Assembly (NCBI GenBank): GCA_963749655.1
Contig: CAVVOB010000015.1
Span: 1 to 64,000, forward strand
Reading direction: 5' to 3'
DNA length: 64,000 nt
DNA from: Nitrospirota bacterium
GTDB taxonomy: Bacteria; Nitrospirota; UBA9217
Shown here: positions 23,601 through 34,354 of the stretch, in pieces
Layout: each line of letters opens with the position of its first letter
Numbering within the stretch: the first letter of the stretch is position 1
Program-made: the position numbers and the translations under genes
Notes under the pieces: generated by a model
Told to the model about the DNA's origin: nothing
What the model saw: only the letters and a program-made list of their open reading frames with translations
Databases searched by the model: none

Positions 23601-26600
23601 AACAGCGGCGGCAAGTCCGGAGCTGTTGATCGTGGACACGCCCGTATTCGATGAAGCCCAGGTCACCTGGCCCGTCAGGACCTGCGTGCTGCCGTCGGAG
23701 TAGGCGCCTGTGGCGGTAAACTGCTGCGTTGTTCCCGTTGCAATGGTCTTACTCGCAGGTGATACGGTGATCGACGACAAAGTCGGCGCAGGCGGGACGG
23801 TTGCGGAGAACAGGACATCAACCCAGTAGTTGTTCGAGCTCCAGGTCTGCGTCGGGAACCCGTTGCCGTAGTAATAAACGCCGTTGCCTCCGTCCGTGCC
23901 GTTTGCGAGCGCGTGGAGCGGAGCGTTGTCGACAGCGGAGGTGAAGATAGTTCTCGTTCAGCGCGAAGTAGCCGGAGGTGGAATAATAAGAGGCCACATA
24001 GGTCGTATTCGCCGTGATTGCTGCCGGGACTGGAGAACAGGACCTGCTGCCATCCCGAGGAGGATTCGCCGGAAAAGGTTGCCGTCGCCAGCAGTGTGCC
24101 CGTCCTGGTCCAGAGCGAGCCCACATGGGTGCCGGTGTCCGCGGAACCTTTATAGAACCGCAAACCCGTGATATATCCGTTCACGTCGGCCCTGAACTTT
24201 ACGCCCACGGTGAGCGGTACGCCGTCGCTGACCGCTGCATTTGCCGGGATCGCCGTGTTTGGCCATATGGTGTGGTCCGAGGCGGAGCTGACCGTGATGC
24301 TCAGCGCTTTCGACGCCGTTGCCGCCGCTGCATCGGTCACCTGCACGGTGACCGGGAAGGTACCTGAGCTCGTCGGCGTGCCTGAGATGACGCCGGTTGC
24401 CGGGTTCAATGACAGACCGGCAGGCAGAGCGCCGCCTGCAAGCGACCAGGAATAGGGAGTCGTTCCTCCCGTCGCCGTCATCGTCGCCGAATAGGAGACA
24501 TTCAGCGCTCCGTCGGGAAGCGAGACCGTTGTTATCGCCGGAGCCGACGACTGGCCGCCCGCTTCCAGCGCAATCTGCTGAAACACCGCTTTAGCCGCCT
24601 GATAGCGCGCCTGGGCCTGGCTCAGGCTCGTTGGGAAATAGGAATTCCATTCCCCTCCCGCCGACGTTCTTGCCAGCAGATTGTCCATCCATTGGACGTA
24701 AAAATCCGCGTCCGAAGCGCTGACGCGTATGGGTGCATTGTTGACTGTCACAAACACCGCACCGGTCTGCACCATGTGGCCCTGACTGCCGTCCATCCTG
24801 CGGGCCGCCAGCCAGCCGCTCTTCGTGAAATCAACAGTTGCCGTCAAGGTCGCGGGCGCGCTCTGCGAGACCGATGTTGATTTGCTTGCAACGACAACGC
24901 CGTTTTGTACCAGTTCGATCGTACCGCTCAGGCTCTCGTTCGCTGTCCAGGTAACGGTCACCGGAACGCTTCCGGCGGCAGTCAATTTGATTTCATCCCC
25001 GGGCGCGGCTGCGCTGTTCACCAGGAGGTTCAAAAACTCGTTGTGACCGTTCCGGGATACTACGGTCCGGCCTTTGGCTATGCCGTCGATCCAGTTGCGG
25101 TAGGTGAACGATCCCCCTGCCACCTGCACATAAGTAAGGAGGGAACCCGGGGCAGCGCCGCCGTTGCAGGGATAATCCGTGCCTGCCGTGAACCCGGGCC
25201 GAAAGCCGGTATTGAGCAGACGGTAGTAGGCCTGGACTGCGTAATCGCTTCCGCTGATATCTTCGGAGATGAAGTCCGCCGATCCCAGGGCGACTTCCAC
25301 GGGATATTCCACGGGCGTGCAGCACGTAAGGGCCTGGGGGAAATTGCCGTCCAGATACTGCATGTGCACGAAGCCGGCAATGGCGTTCTGCTGATGAGCC
25401 CACTGGAAGATGGGATAGGTGTACTCCTCCCAGATCTGGTGTGCTTCGGACAAACCAAGTGAGACCACATGACCACCCAGCGCCTGGTGGGCATACTGAT
25501 TGTAGGTAGCGTCCCAATGCCACTCTGCTTCCCAGTGCACCAGCCGTCCGGCCGTGGAAACAGGATCATCGGTACCGTTCACGCGAGGCAGGTCCGTGGC
25601 GGGGTCCAGCACTTCGCCGTTGCCCATGTCCGCGAGCAAAGGCAGGACCGCGAGATTCTGGCTGGTCATTTTCGCATACATGCTCGAGATCGCTTCGGGG
25701 GTCCCTCCGCAGCTCCGATGCACGTGCGGGTCTCCGGCGTACCATCCCGTCGGCTCCGGTCCGCTTGCCGGAACGTTCAAGGTCGTTGTAACGGAATTGG
25801 ACGTCGCGGTGGAATGGCCTGAAGCAGCAGCTCCGACCGACGTCGTGTTTGTACCGCTGCTGGAGCCCGTCATTGCCCTGATGGTCAGCGTACTATTTCC
25901 GTTAGCGCCCGGAGCCAGCGTCAGGGAAGCAGTACTCAGCACTGAAGGAACGATGAAGTTTCCACCCGCATCAGAATCAACAGCCGTGAGCGAGAAGGAC
26001 ACGCTGGTGCATCCTGAGCCGGAATCGTTGTTCTTTACATTGACCATGTAGGTCGTGCTGCCGCTGGTCTGCGTGATCACCTGGGAAACGGGCGTGATGC
26101 TCACCGTCGGCGCGTTGGCCGTGCAGTTCGAGGTTGACGACGCCTGGTTCAGGGACCCGACGACGATGGAATCGCGGCTGCTTGAACTGAAAGTGACTGT
26201 CTGATTTTCACTCCACGCAGCGGTCGAATTCCGCTGCCCCACAGATATGCTGAAACCGTTGCCGGTGTGCTCAAGAAGTTCACTGTATCCTGACGGAGGC
26301 GTGTGAGCGGCCGTACTGCTTCCGTTGTGGGCCACGTAAAAGAGCCGGCCGCCGTCGGCGTTCGTGACGTTCTTTCCAAAGGTGATCGAGGTAGAGTTGG
26401 TGTTGCTTCCGTTTGCGCTGGAGTCGGTGATGGGCGTTGTCTGGTCGACGTTCTGGTAGCTCGCGACAGAGACTTTCGTGTTGCTCGGGCTGCCGCTGTA
26501 GGTGACGGTAACCGTATTGCCGGTCCGCGACGCGATGTCCGCTTCCTTGAGGTAGCCCACCCAGGTATTTTCGCGGCCTGTGTTATATTGCGCCATCAGG

Positions 26601-26878
26601 GTGAGCGGCTTGCCGCCGTAGGTCGCCGAATAGGATCTCGTTCCCGTACTGCCGTACTTGGTGGTGATTGCGACCACCATCAGGCGGTTGGTGCCGGTGC
26701 CCGCCGAATAGGTAAAGGACTGCGGTGACCGGCCGGTCGTGCTGAGGCTGTTCGTCCAGCTGTCCAGAACGCTCACTGCGGCGGATGCCGTACCGGAGGC
26801 AAAAATAAGGACAAGGGCCAAAACAGCCGCAGAAACCGTCGCCATCGTGTTCAGCTTGTTTACCGTACAATTCTTCAT
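20698..26878 (-). CDS. giant secreted protein (~2060 aa): unknown beta-rich N-domain, Ig, PHP/CehA-like metallohydrolase, Ig, DUF4082-like, Ig2, Ig, deacetylase-like domain, SbsA/Big_5-like Ig, DUF4082-like; several frameshifts 22680-24030
   Basis: Signal peptide (..GTASA|A); GDPHVH and GTDYPC; core paralogous to 10989-20595; joins ORFs 23675-26878, 23178-23780, 22605-22988 and 20698-23181; ATGA overlap with upstream gene. Confidence 0.8.
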
Positions 26879-27570
26879 GCCGGACGCCTCTCTAATTCTT
26901 CAGAGTTTATTCCTTGAACAGATCTTAAAAATCTTGCAGGGTTTCCCACGACGACGCTATTTTCCGCGACTGCGTCCAGGACCACGCTGCCCATTCCCAC
27001 GAGACTGAAATCGCCGACTTTCAAATTTTCGATGATCGAGCTGTTGCTGCCCAGATACGCAGCCTTGCCTACCGTCGTTCCGCCGGAAATGCAGACGCCG
27101 CTCGCGATGCAGGAGTAGTCGCCGATGGAAACATCATGGTTGATCACGCTGTTCGAAAGGATAATCACATGGTTTCCCACGGAAGCATTCGACGCAATGG
27201 TTACCGATGGAAAGACAACAGCCCCGCGGCCGAGCGTAGCTGTTTTCGAGACGGTTGCAGAGGGATGGACAATCGTGACAAACCGGTCGGCAGGAATGCC
27301 GGTCTTCACCAGAATGGCCTCCTTCCGGTAATGATTATTCGGGCTGCCGATGCCGTTCACGAACCAGCAATCCGTCAGTCCCCGTGCGGCGGACAGCGGC
27401 CCCAGAACAGCGATACCCCGGATCGTCGTGCCCTGCATCGCCGGATTATCGTCGAGAAATCCAACGCATTCATAGCGCACCGATTGAGACCGGCTGTTGA
27501 CGTCCTCGACGAGATCGAGGATATCGACGCTGCTGCCGGCGGTGCCGAGAATCACGAGTTTCTTCCGCAC
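26875..27570 (-). CDS. NeuD/PglD-family sugar acetyltransferase
   Basis: LVILGTAG, GFLDDN, hexapeptide repeats, VVVGNPARF. Confidence 0.88.
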   Translation of the reverse strand: MRKKLVILGTAGSSVDILDLVEDVNSRSQSVRYECVGFLDDNPAMQGTTIRGIAVLGPLSAARGLTDCWFVNGIGSPNNHYRKEAILVKTGIPADRFVTIVHPSATVSKTATLGRGAVVFPSVTIASNASVGNHVIILSNSVINHDVSIGDYSCIASGVCISGGTTVGKAAYLGSNSSIIENLKVGDFSLVGMGSVVLDAVAENSVVVGNPARFLRSVQGINSEELERRPA

Positions 27571-27573
27571 GGC

Positions 27574-28764
27574 TCAGCTTTCCTTCCCGATAAGAGCGCT
27601 CTGTTCATCACGCTGCGATGATCTTGCCCTTCCCGCCCGGGTGTCCTTATCCAGGGCTTTTCTGAGGGCCTGCACGACCTGGTCCTGTTCGCCGTCGGTC
27701 AGCCCCACGAACAGCGGCAGCAGGATGGTCTCCCGGGTCGCCCGTTCGGTTTCAGGAAGCGAAAGCCGGGGATACGCTTTGCGGTACACCGGTTCGAGAT
27801 GAATGGCAATGATCCGCCTTGAGGCGACTTCCTGCGAGGCAAGTTCGTGCATGACTTCGCCCTGCGTCATTCTGGTGTGCAGCCGTATGCAATAGGACTG
27901 GTATACATGGTGGTGTCCCTGCGGTTCATGGGGCAGACCCAGACGCTCGTCGCCTCCCAGAACCGTGTTATAGGTCTCGGCGAGCCTGCGCCGCTCGGCC
28001 AGGATCTCGCCGATCCTCATCATCTGGATAGTGCCGACCGCTCCCTGGATATCGGTCATCTTGTAGTTGTATCCGATCTCGGGATAACTCTCGAAGACCA
28101 CGTTGGTCGCGCTGTGCCGGTCGATGGTCGAGACCGACGCTGAATGGGCCCGCATCGCCAGCAGCCGGGCCGCTGCTTCCTCGTTATCGGTCGTTATCAT
28201 GCCGCCTTCGCCGGTCGTCAGGATCTTCCGGGCGTCGAAGCTGAAGCAGGTGAAGTCGCTCAGGCTTCCGATCCGGTCTTCGCCGATCGCCGCACCGAGG
28301 GAAGGAGCCGCATCTTCAATTACCTTCAATCCGTGCTTGCGTGCGATCGTCATGATGGCGGGAATATCGGCCGCAAGTCCGATCTGGCTGACCGGAAGGA
28401 TGGCCGTCGTGCGGGGCGTTATGGCCGCTTCGATCAGGTCCGGGTTGATGTTATACGTTTCTCGGTCGATGTCCACGAACACCGGTTTGGCACCGGCGTA
28501 GAGAATCGCGTTGGCCGTAGCGATAAAGGTAAAGGACGGGCAGATGACCTCGTCGCCCGGCTTGACACCCGCCGCAATCAGCGCCAGATGAAGCGCAGTC
28601 GTACAGCTGTTGACCGCAATGGCGTGTTTTGCGCCGACATAATTCGCTACCATGGACTCGAACCGCTGGACGCGCTTTCCGCACGTAAGCCAGCCGGAAC
28701 GTACTGCCTCGGCCGCTGCTGCGGCCTCCTCTTCTCCTACGCTTAATCGGGTAATGGGAATCAC
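27574..28764 (-). CDS. DegT/DnrJ/EryC1/StrS aminotransferase
   Basis: NSCTTALH, IEDAA, FSFDARKILTTGEGG. Confidence 0.92.
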   Translation of the reverse strand: MIPITRLSVGEEEAAAAAEAVRSGWLTCGKRVQRFESMVANYVGAKHAIAVNSCTTALHLALIAAGVKPGDEVICPSFTFIATANAILYAGAKPVFVDIDRETYNINPDLIEAAITPRTTAILPVSQIGLAADIPAIMTIARKHGLKVIEDAAPSLGAAIGEDRIGSLSDFTCFSFDARKILTTGEGGMITTDNEEAAARLLAMRAHSASVSTIDRHSATNVVFESYPEIGYNYKMTDIQGAVGTIQMMRIGEILAERRRLAETYNTVLGGDERLGLPHEPQGHHHVYQSYCIRLHTRMTQGEVMHELASQEVASRRIIAIHLEPVYRKAYPRLSLPETERATRETILLPLFVGLTDGEQDQVVQALRKALDKDTRAGRARSSQRDEQSALIGKES

Positions 28765-28781
28765 GGTAAAATCCTCCTCGT

Positions 28782-29420
28782 CTAGATTGTTTTGTCCAGT
28801 TTAGCCGCGGCCGTGCCGAGTACTGCCGACAGGCAGGATCCTTGTACGCTTTGACGTCCGGTCACAAATGAAGGATTCTGAAGATACGCCTGCAGGGTCT
28901 TTCCGGAGGTCCGGTCGCGGTCCGAGAGAATGGGATCCCTGACCGGCCAGGCGATCTGTACCTGGGGATCGTTCCACGCAAGGCATGCCTCTGCCGACGG
29001 GTTGTGGTAGTTGGTGCATTTGTACTGCACCTCGGCAAACTCGGAGAGAACGACGAATCCGTGGGCGAACTCCGGAGCCACCAGCACCTGTTTTTTGTTC
29101 TCGGCCGACAGCGCCGCTCCGTACCAGCGGCCGAAGGTCGGAGAACCCACGCGCAGGTCCACGACCACGTCCCAGACCTCGCCGACCGTGCACCGGATCA
29201 GGCGGTGCTGGGGTGCGTCCATGGTCTGATAGTGAAGACCGCGCAGGACCCCCCTACCCGACCTCGAGTGGTTGTCCTGCACGAACGTGTGCTCCAGGCC
29301 GTGCTCTGCAAAGCGTTTTTTGTTATAGCTTTCAAAAAAGAATCCCCGGTGGTCCTGGAAGAAATCCGGCTCTATGACGACGACACCGTCTATACCGGTG
29401 TCGACAACGCGAATATCCAT
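28782..29420 (-). CDS. rfbC: dTDP-4-dehydrorhamnose 3,5-epimerase
   Basis: DHRGFFFESY, VQDNHSRS, LRGLHYQ, FAHGF. Confidence 0.92.
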   Translation of the reverse strand: MDIRVVDTGIDGVVVIEPDFFQDHRGFFFESYNKKRFAEHGLEHTFVQDNHSRSGRGVLRGLHYQTMDAPQHRLIRCTVGEVWDVVVDLRVGSPTFGRWYGAALSAENKKQVLVAPEFAHGFVVLSEFAEVQYKCTNYHNPSAEACLAWNDPQVQIAWPVRDPILSDRDRTSGKTLQAYLQNPSFVTGRQSVQGSCLSAVLGTAAAKLDKTI

Positions 29421-29471
29421 GAACGGCTCCTTGAAAACAGATTTTGAACGGGAAAACGGGTGTTCCGGCCT

Positions 29472-30473
29472 TTACTTCCAGTTGATGCCGATCTCCTGGT
29501 CCAGCAGCAGCGAAACTTCCTCGGGCCGGGTCTTGAACCATCGGATCGTCTTCATCAGCCCTTCTTCGAACGAGACCGACGGCCTCCAACCTGTTATCTT
29601 GCAGAATTCCGTGGAATCGGAGCACAAACGAAGAACGTCGCCGGGGCGCTTCTCGATGTACTCTATGCGCGACGATCCGTTCCCTGCGTACCGGATGATC
29701 ATTTCCGCGATCTCGCTGATCGAGATCTCGAAATTGCTTCCGATATTGAACGTCGAACCAATGGTGTCGTCGCACTTGACCGCCTCTACGATGCCCCTGA
29801 CCGTGTCGCCGACGTATGTGTAGTCGCGCGTCTGGGAACCGTCGCCGAAGACGAGAATGTTTTTGTCGTTGAGCGCCCTGATGATCGACTTGGGGATCAT
29901 TTCCCCGGCGTCGCCTTCATGATGGGACCGGGGCCCGTAGGTATTGAAGGGCCTGATGATGACCGTGTTGAAGCCGTAGGTCTTATAGTAGGCCCTGACG
30001 TAAGCCTCACCCGCCAGCTTGCTTGCCCCGTACACGGTATGGGGAAACGTCGGGTGGTCGGCGGGCATGGGAACATGCTGGGCGGTCCCGTACACCTCCG
30101 ACGAAGAGCAGTGGATGAACTTGTGGACGCCCGCCCGCATCGCCTCCTGCAGCACGACAAGTGCGCCCTCGGCATTGACGCGATGGTTTTCGAAAGGATG
30201 CTTGATCGAATGTCGCACCCCCAGACAGGCGAGATTCAGGACGATGTCCGCGTTCTTCATGGCGTTCTTGACATGAAGAGGATTGGTTATATCGCCGACG
30301 ATCAGTTTGAAGCGGCTGTTGTCTTCGTGCTCATCCAGATTTTCCAGCTTGCCCGTGGACAGATTGTCCAGGACCGTGACCGAGCAATCCTCGTTCATCA
30401 AGGCATCTACCAGATGAGAGCCGATGAATCCCGCACCGCCCGTAATAAGGCAATTCTTGTTTGTCAGCTCCAT
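29472..30473 (-). CDS. NAD-dependent nucleotide-sugar epimerase/dehydratase
   Basis: ITGGAGFIGSH, SSSEVYG, YGASK, RPFNTYGP. Confidence 0.92.
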   Translation of the reverse strand: MELTNKNCLITGGAGFIGSHLVDALMNEDCSVTVLDNLSTGKLENLDEHEDNSRFKLIVGDITNPLHVKNAMKNADIVLNLACLGVRHSIKHPFENHRVNAEGALVVLQEAMRAGVHKFIHCSSSEVYGTAQHVPMPADHPTFPHTVYGASKLAGEAYVRAYYKTYGFNTVIIRPFNTYGPRSHHEGDAGEMIPKSIIRALNDKNILVFGDGSQTRDYTYVGDTVRGIVEAVKCDDTIGSTFNIGSNFEISISEIAEMIIRYAGNGSSRIEYIEKRPGDVLRLCSDSTEFCKITGWRPSVSFEEGLMKTIRWFKTRPEEVSLLLDQEIGINWK

Positions 30474-30555
30474 TTCGTCTCCTGAGCGCTTTTTGGACTT
30501 TGTTCATGTTTCGAATTGACCGGGCCCGTACTCCTGATGCGCACTCCCTAACGGT

Positions 30556-31806
30556 TCAACACCGTCCGACCGCTTTCTGGCACGAGTCCATCTCTTCCGA
30601 CGCTTCCATACTCTGCGTTCGGGAGAGAAACTCCTTGATGGCCTCGGCCACCTGCACCTGCTGCTGTTCCGTCAATCCGGGATACATGGGCAGGGACAGG
30701 ATCTCCCGCGCCATCCGTTCCGAAGCGAGAAGGCTGCCGTGATGGGCGGGAAGGTCAGCGTAAGCCTTCTGCTGATGCAGCGGCACGGGATAGTGGAGCC
30801 CGGTGGAGATCCCCCGCTCCGAGAGGAACGACTGCAGCGCGTCGCGGTCCTGCACCCGGATGACATAGAGGTGATACACCGCCTGGGACCATGACGGCTC
30901 ATAGGGAACGACGACGCCGTCCACGGCCGCGAGCAGTCCGTTGTACCGGCGCGCGTGCTGGACCCGCTGATCGTTGGCATGCTTCAGCCGGCGGAGCTTG
31001 ACGGTCAGGATCCCCGCCTGGATGGCATCCAGTCTGCCGTTGTATCCTTCGCGGTCGTGAAAGTACTTCTTCGCCTGACCGTGGTCCCGGATCATTCTGA
31101 TCGTTTTGGCGATGTTTTCATCGTTCGTGGTGACTGCGCCGGCCTCGCCGCAGGCGCCCAGGTTCTTGCCCGGATAGAAGCTGAATGCGGCCGCAGTGCC
31201 CATGGAGCCCGCCTTCATCCAGCGGCTGTGCCTGCGGGACAGATATTCGGCCCCGTGGGCCTGGCATGCGTCCTCGATCACGATAAGGTGGTACCGCTCG
31301 GCTATTTCCGCTATCCGGTCCATGTCGGCCGTCTGGCCGTATAAATGGACGGGGACGACGGCGCGGACGGTCTTTCCCGTGGCCGAATGGAGCGTGTTGC
31401 CGGTCTCCCGGTCGGTGCAGCACTGCGTCTCCAGGTATTTCTGGAGCTTTGCAGGGCTCATATTGTAGGTCTTCTCGTCGATGTCCACGAAGGCGATTGC
31501 TGCTCCCGCCTGCGTTATGGCCTCGGTCGTGGCGATGAATGTATTCGGGACCGTGATGACCATGTCGCCCTGTTTGACGCCGGAGGCCGTCAGCGCAAAC
31601 CTCAGGGCATCGGTGCCGCTTCCGACGCCGATGCAGTATTTCGCGCCGCAGAAGGCCGCGAACTCCCGCTCCAGCTCTTCCACCATGGGCCCTCCGATGA
31701 ATGCGGCGCTGCGCAGCGACTGCCTGAAGACCTCTACGAGTTGGTCTTCGATCTCGCGGTGCGGCGAGATCAGATCGATAAACGGGATGTGGTTGTTAGG
31801 GTTCAT
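30556..31806 (-). CDS. DegT-family aminotransferase (WbpE-like)
   Basis: IPFIDL, PVHLYGQ, EDACQAHGA, FSFYPGKNLGACGEAG. Confidence 0.92.
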   Translation of the reverse strand: MNPNNHIPFIDLISPHREIEDQLVEVFRQSLRSAAFIGGPMVEELEREFAAFCGAKYCIGVGSGTDALRFALTASGVKQGDMVITVPNTFIATTEAITQAGAAIAFVDIDEKTYNMSPAKLQKYLETQCCTDRETGNTLHSATGKTVRAVVPVHLYGQTADMDRIAEIAERYHLIVIEDACQAHGAEYLSRRHSRWMKAGSMGTAAAFSFYPGKNLGACGEAGAVTTNDENIAKTIRMIRDHGQAKKYFHDREGYNGRLDAIQAGILTVKLRRLKHANDQRVQHARRYNGLLAAVDGVVVPYEPSWSQAVYHLYVIRVQDRDALQSFLSERGISTGLHYPVPLHQQKAYADLPAHHGSLLASERMAREILSLPMYPGLTEQQQVQVAEAIKEFLSRTQSMEASEEMDSCQKAVGRC

Positions 31807-32279
31807 TTTCCAGGCTCCTTATGAATTTTGCAGGATTTCCCGCCACAATGGCGTTCGCCGGAACGTCCTTCGTAACGACGCTTCCCGAACCGACGATGGC
31901 GTTTTCGCCCACGGTAATACTGCATAAGATGGTTGCTCCCGAACCGATTGACGCCCCTTTTTTGATGACCGTGGGGATGACGTTCCAGTCGGCTTCGGTC
32001 TGGAGCGCCCCGTTCCCGTTGGTCGCGCGCGGATACTTGTCGTTGATGAATGTTACGCCGTGGCCGACGAAGACGTCGTCTTCGATGATGACGCCTTCGC
32101 AGATGAACGTATGGCTCTGGATCTTGCAGTTCTTGCCGATCACTGCCTTCTTCTGGATCTCGACGAAGGTGCCGATCTTCGTGTTGTCGTCGATCGAGCA
32201 CCCGTAGAGGTTCACGAAGTTGGCGAGCTTGACGTTCTGTCCGAGCCGGACGTCGTCTGCAAACGGAAAGATATTTCAT
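31796..32279 (-). CDS. hexapeptide N-acetyltransferase (WbpD-like), frameshift near the N-terminus
   Basis: NLYGCSI..KIQSHTFICEGV..FINDKYPRA..AGNPAK; ATG 32279 overlaps upstream TGA. Confidence 0.85.
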
Positions 32280-33280
32280 AGCCTGATCTCTCTCCCCTGA
32301 TGGAGGATCGATTCGTTGCAGGCATCGAGCATTTTGACGACCCTCAATCCCGGCATGGCCGTCGTTGATGGGCGTTGTGTTCTCGGCGATGCACCTGATG
32401 AAATATTCGGTTTCCAGTTTTAAGCGCCTCGCTCGTTCGACCCGGGGGGCGTGCATGTCGCCGGAACGGTAGTTGACCAGCAGGTCGTAGGACGCCTCCT
32501 TGCTCTTACATCCACGCCCTTGTCGTAGATCTTGATCTTTTCGTCCACCTCCAGGTCGTTCCAGACCAGCATCTTCTTCTCGCCGCCGATCAGGGTCGTC
32601 CGCACCTTGACCGGCGAGAGCCAGTTGACGTTGAAGTGGGCGATCATGCTGTCGCTGAAATGGACGGTGACATAAGCCGTGTCCTCCAGGCCGTTGCACG
32701 TGCGCCTTGCCGCAGGCCGCCACGGCAACCGGCTTTTCGTTGATGAGGATAGTCCATGACCGAAAAATCGTGGGGCGCGAGATCCCAAATGACGTTCACG
32801 TCGCGCTGGAACAGACCCAGGTTCACCCTGATGGAATCATAGTAGTAGAGGTCGCCCAGGACCTTTTCGTCGACGAGCTGTTTGATCTTTCTCACCGCGC
32901 CGGTAAAGATGAACGTGTGGTCCACCATGATCATCAGATTCTTTTTCTCCGCCAGTTCGATCAACTCTTCGGCCTGAGCGACCGTCGCGGTAAAGGGCTT
33001 TTCCACGAACACATGCTTTCCGTTGTCGAGCGCCTTCTTGGCCAGATCGAAGTGTGTCGATACGGGAGTGATCACCGCAACGGCGTCGATGTCCGGCGAG
33101 GTCAGGATTTCGCTGCAGTCGCTCGTCGTTGTGATCTGGGGATAGGACCGTTTCGCCCGACTGAGGGACGTCGGGCTTTGATCGCAGACCGACATGGACC
33201 CTGGCCCCTTCAATGGTGCTGAAATTCCTGACGATGTTCGGACCCCAGTATCCGTACCCTATGATGCCGATGTTGATCAT
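32276..33280 (-). CDS. Gfo/Idh/MocA oxidoreductase (WbpB-like), several frameshifts
   Basis: IGIIGYGYWGPNIVRN, HVFVEKP, WDLAPHD, WLSPVKVR. Confidence 0.85.
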
Positions 33281-33313
33281 GTTTCCTCCTCGCTGCATTG
33301 GTCGCGTCCGCGG

Positions 33314-34354
33314 TCAATACGCTCCTTTGCCTGATACCATGGCCCAGGGTGTCTTTAAAAGGATCTTGATGTCCATCCACAGTGTCCAGTTCCTTGCATA
33401 CTGCAGATCGAGACGGACCATCTCGTCGAAGGTCGTCGAACTCCTTCCGCTCACCTGCCAGAGTCCGGTGATGCCCGGCTTCACCTCCCGGACGCGCCGC
33501 CGGTGCCAGCTTTCGTATTTTTCGAGCTCATAGGGAATAGGGGGACGCGGTCCCACCAGCGACATCTCGCCTTTCAGCACGTTCACGAACTGGGGCAGCT
33601 CGTCAAGGCTCGTCTTCCGCAGGAACATTCCCACGGACGTGATCCGGTCATCTTTCGTGATCTTGTACACTTTTGTTTCTTTGTTGTTGCCTTCCGTGTC
33701 GCACCCGGTCTTGTTCTCGATGAGGTTGTAGACGAACTCTTTGTGCCGGTCCGCGCTCTGATTGGCGTACATGCTTCTGAACTTCAGAAACTGGAATTTC
33801 TTCTCATATTGCCCCACCCGCTCCTGACGGAAGATCACCGGCCCGCGCGAAGTGAGCTTGATGCACAGGGGAATCAGGAGAAAACAGGGGGAGAAGAGGA
33901 TCAGCCCTGTGAGGCTGCCGATGATGTCCATGGTGCGCTTCAGCCGGAGTGCGCCATTGCGGTCACGGCTTTTTTTCGGCAGGTCAGGATAAAAGGTAAA
34001 CCGCGGCGAATCGACCGTCTTCATCGACCGGCCTTCATCAGGATACCGGTGAAACGATACGATGATCATGCCTGCCTGTTCGGAATGCAGTTTATCGACC
34101 AGTTCACTGTGGATCTTTTTCTGCAGGGTGTTGGTCTCGAAACTGTTCATCTCCGTAAATATGACACCCAGCACGGAGCCGTAACGGAACCAGCCCTTTA
34201 CATCGGTAACGCGCGTAAGGATCGAGAGCGCCTCCAGGGTGCCTTTCACGGTTGCGAGCCTTTTTTGCGGGTTCTGCATGGGCGAAAAATCCAGGGTCAT
34301 TACAAGGAACGGCCGTCCCGAACGCTCGCTTCGTTTTCTCTCGAACGCGAGCAT
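33314..34354 (-). CDS. priming sugar (polyprenyl glycosylphospho)transferase with N-terminal degenerate GGDEF-like domain
   Basis: [57 protein letters not shown]; true start may be slightly upstream across a frameshift. Confidence 0.9.
   Translation of the reverse strand: MLAFERKRSERSGRPFLVMTLDFSPMQNPQKRLATVKGTLEALSILTRVTDVKGWFRYGSVLGVIFTEMNSFETNTLQKKIHSELVDKLHSEQAGMIIVSFHRYPDEGRSMKTVDSPRFTFYPDLPKKSRDRNGALRLKRTMDIIGSLTGLILFSPCFLLIPLCIKLTSRGPVIFRQERVGQYEKKFQFLKFRSMYANQSADRHKEFVYNLIENKTGCDTEGNNKETKVYKITKDDRITSVGMFLRKTSLDELPQFVNVLKGEMSLVGPRPPIPYELEKYESWHRRRVREVKPGITGLWQVSGRSSTTFDEMVRLDLQYARNWTLWMDIKILLKTPWAMVSGKGAY

Noticed and set aside
92-33533. Many long plus-strand ORFs (e.g. 92-547, 20812-22758, 29460-30485)
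   Set aside because: Antisense shadows of well-supported minus-strand genes in GC-rich DNA; no motifs
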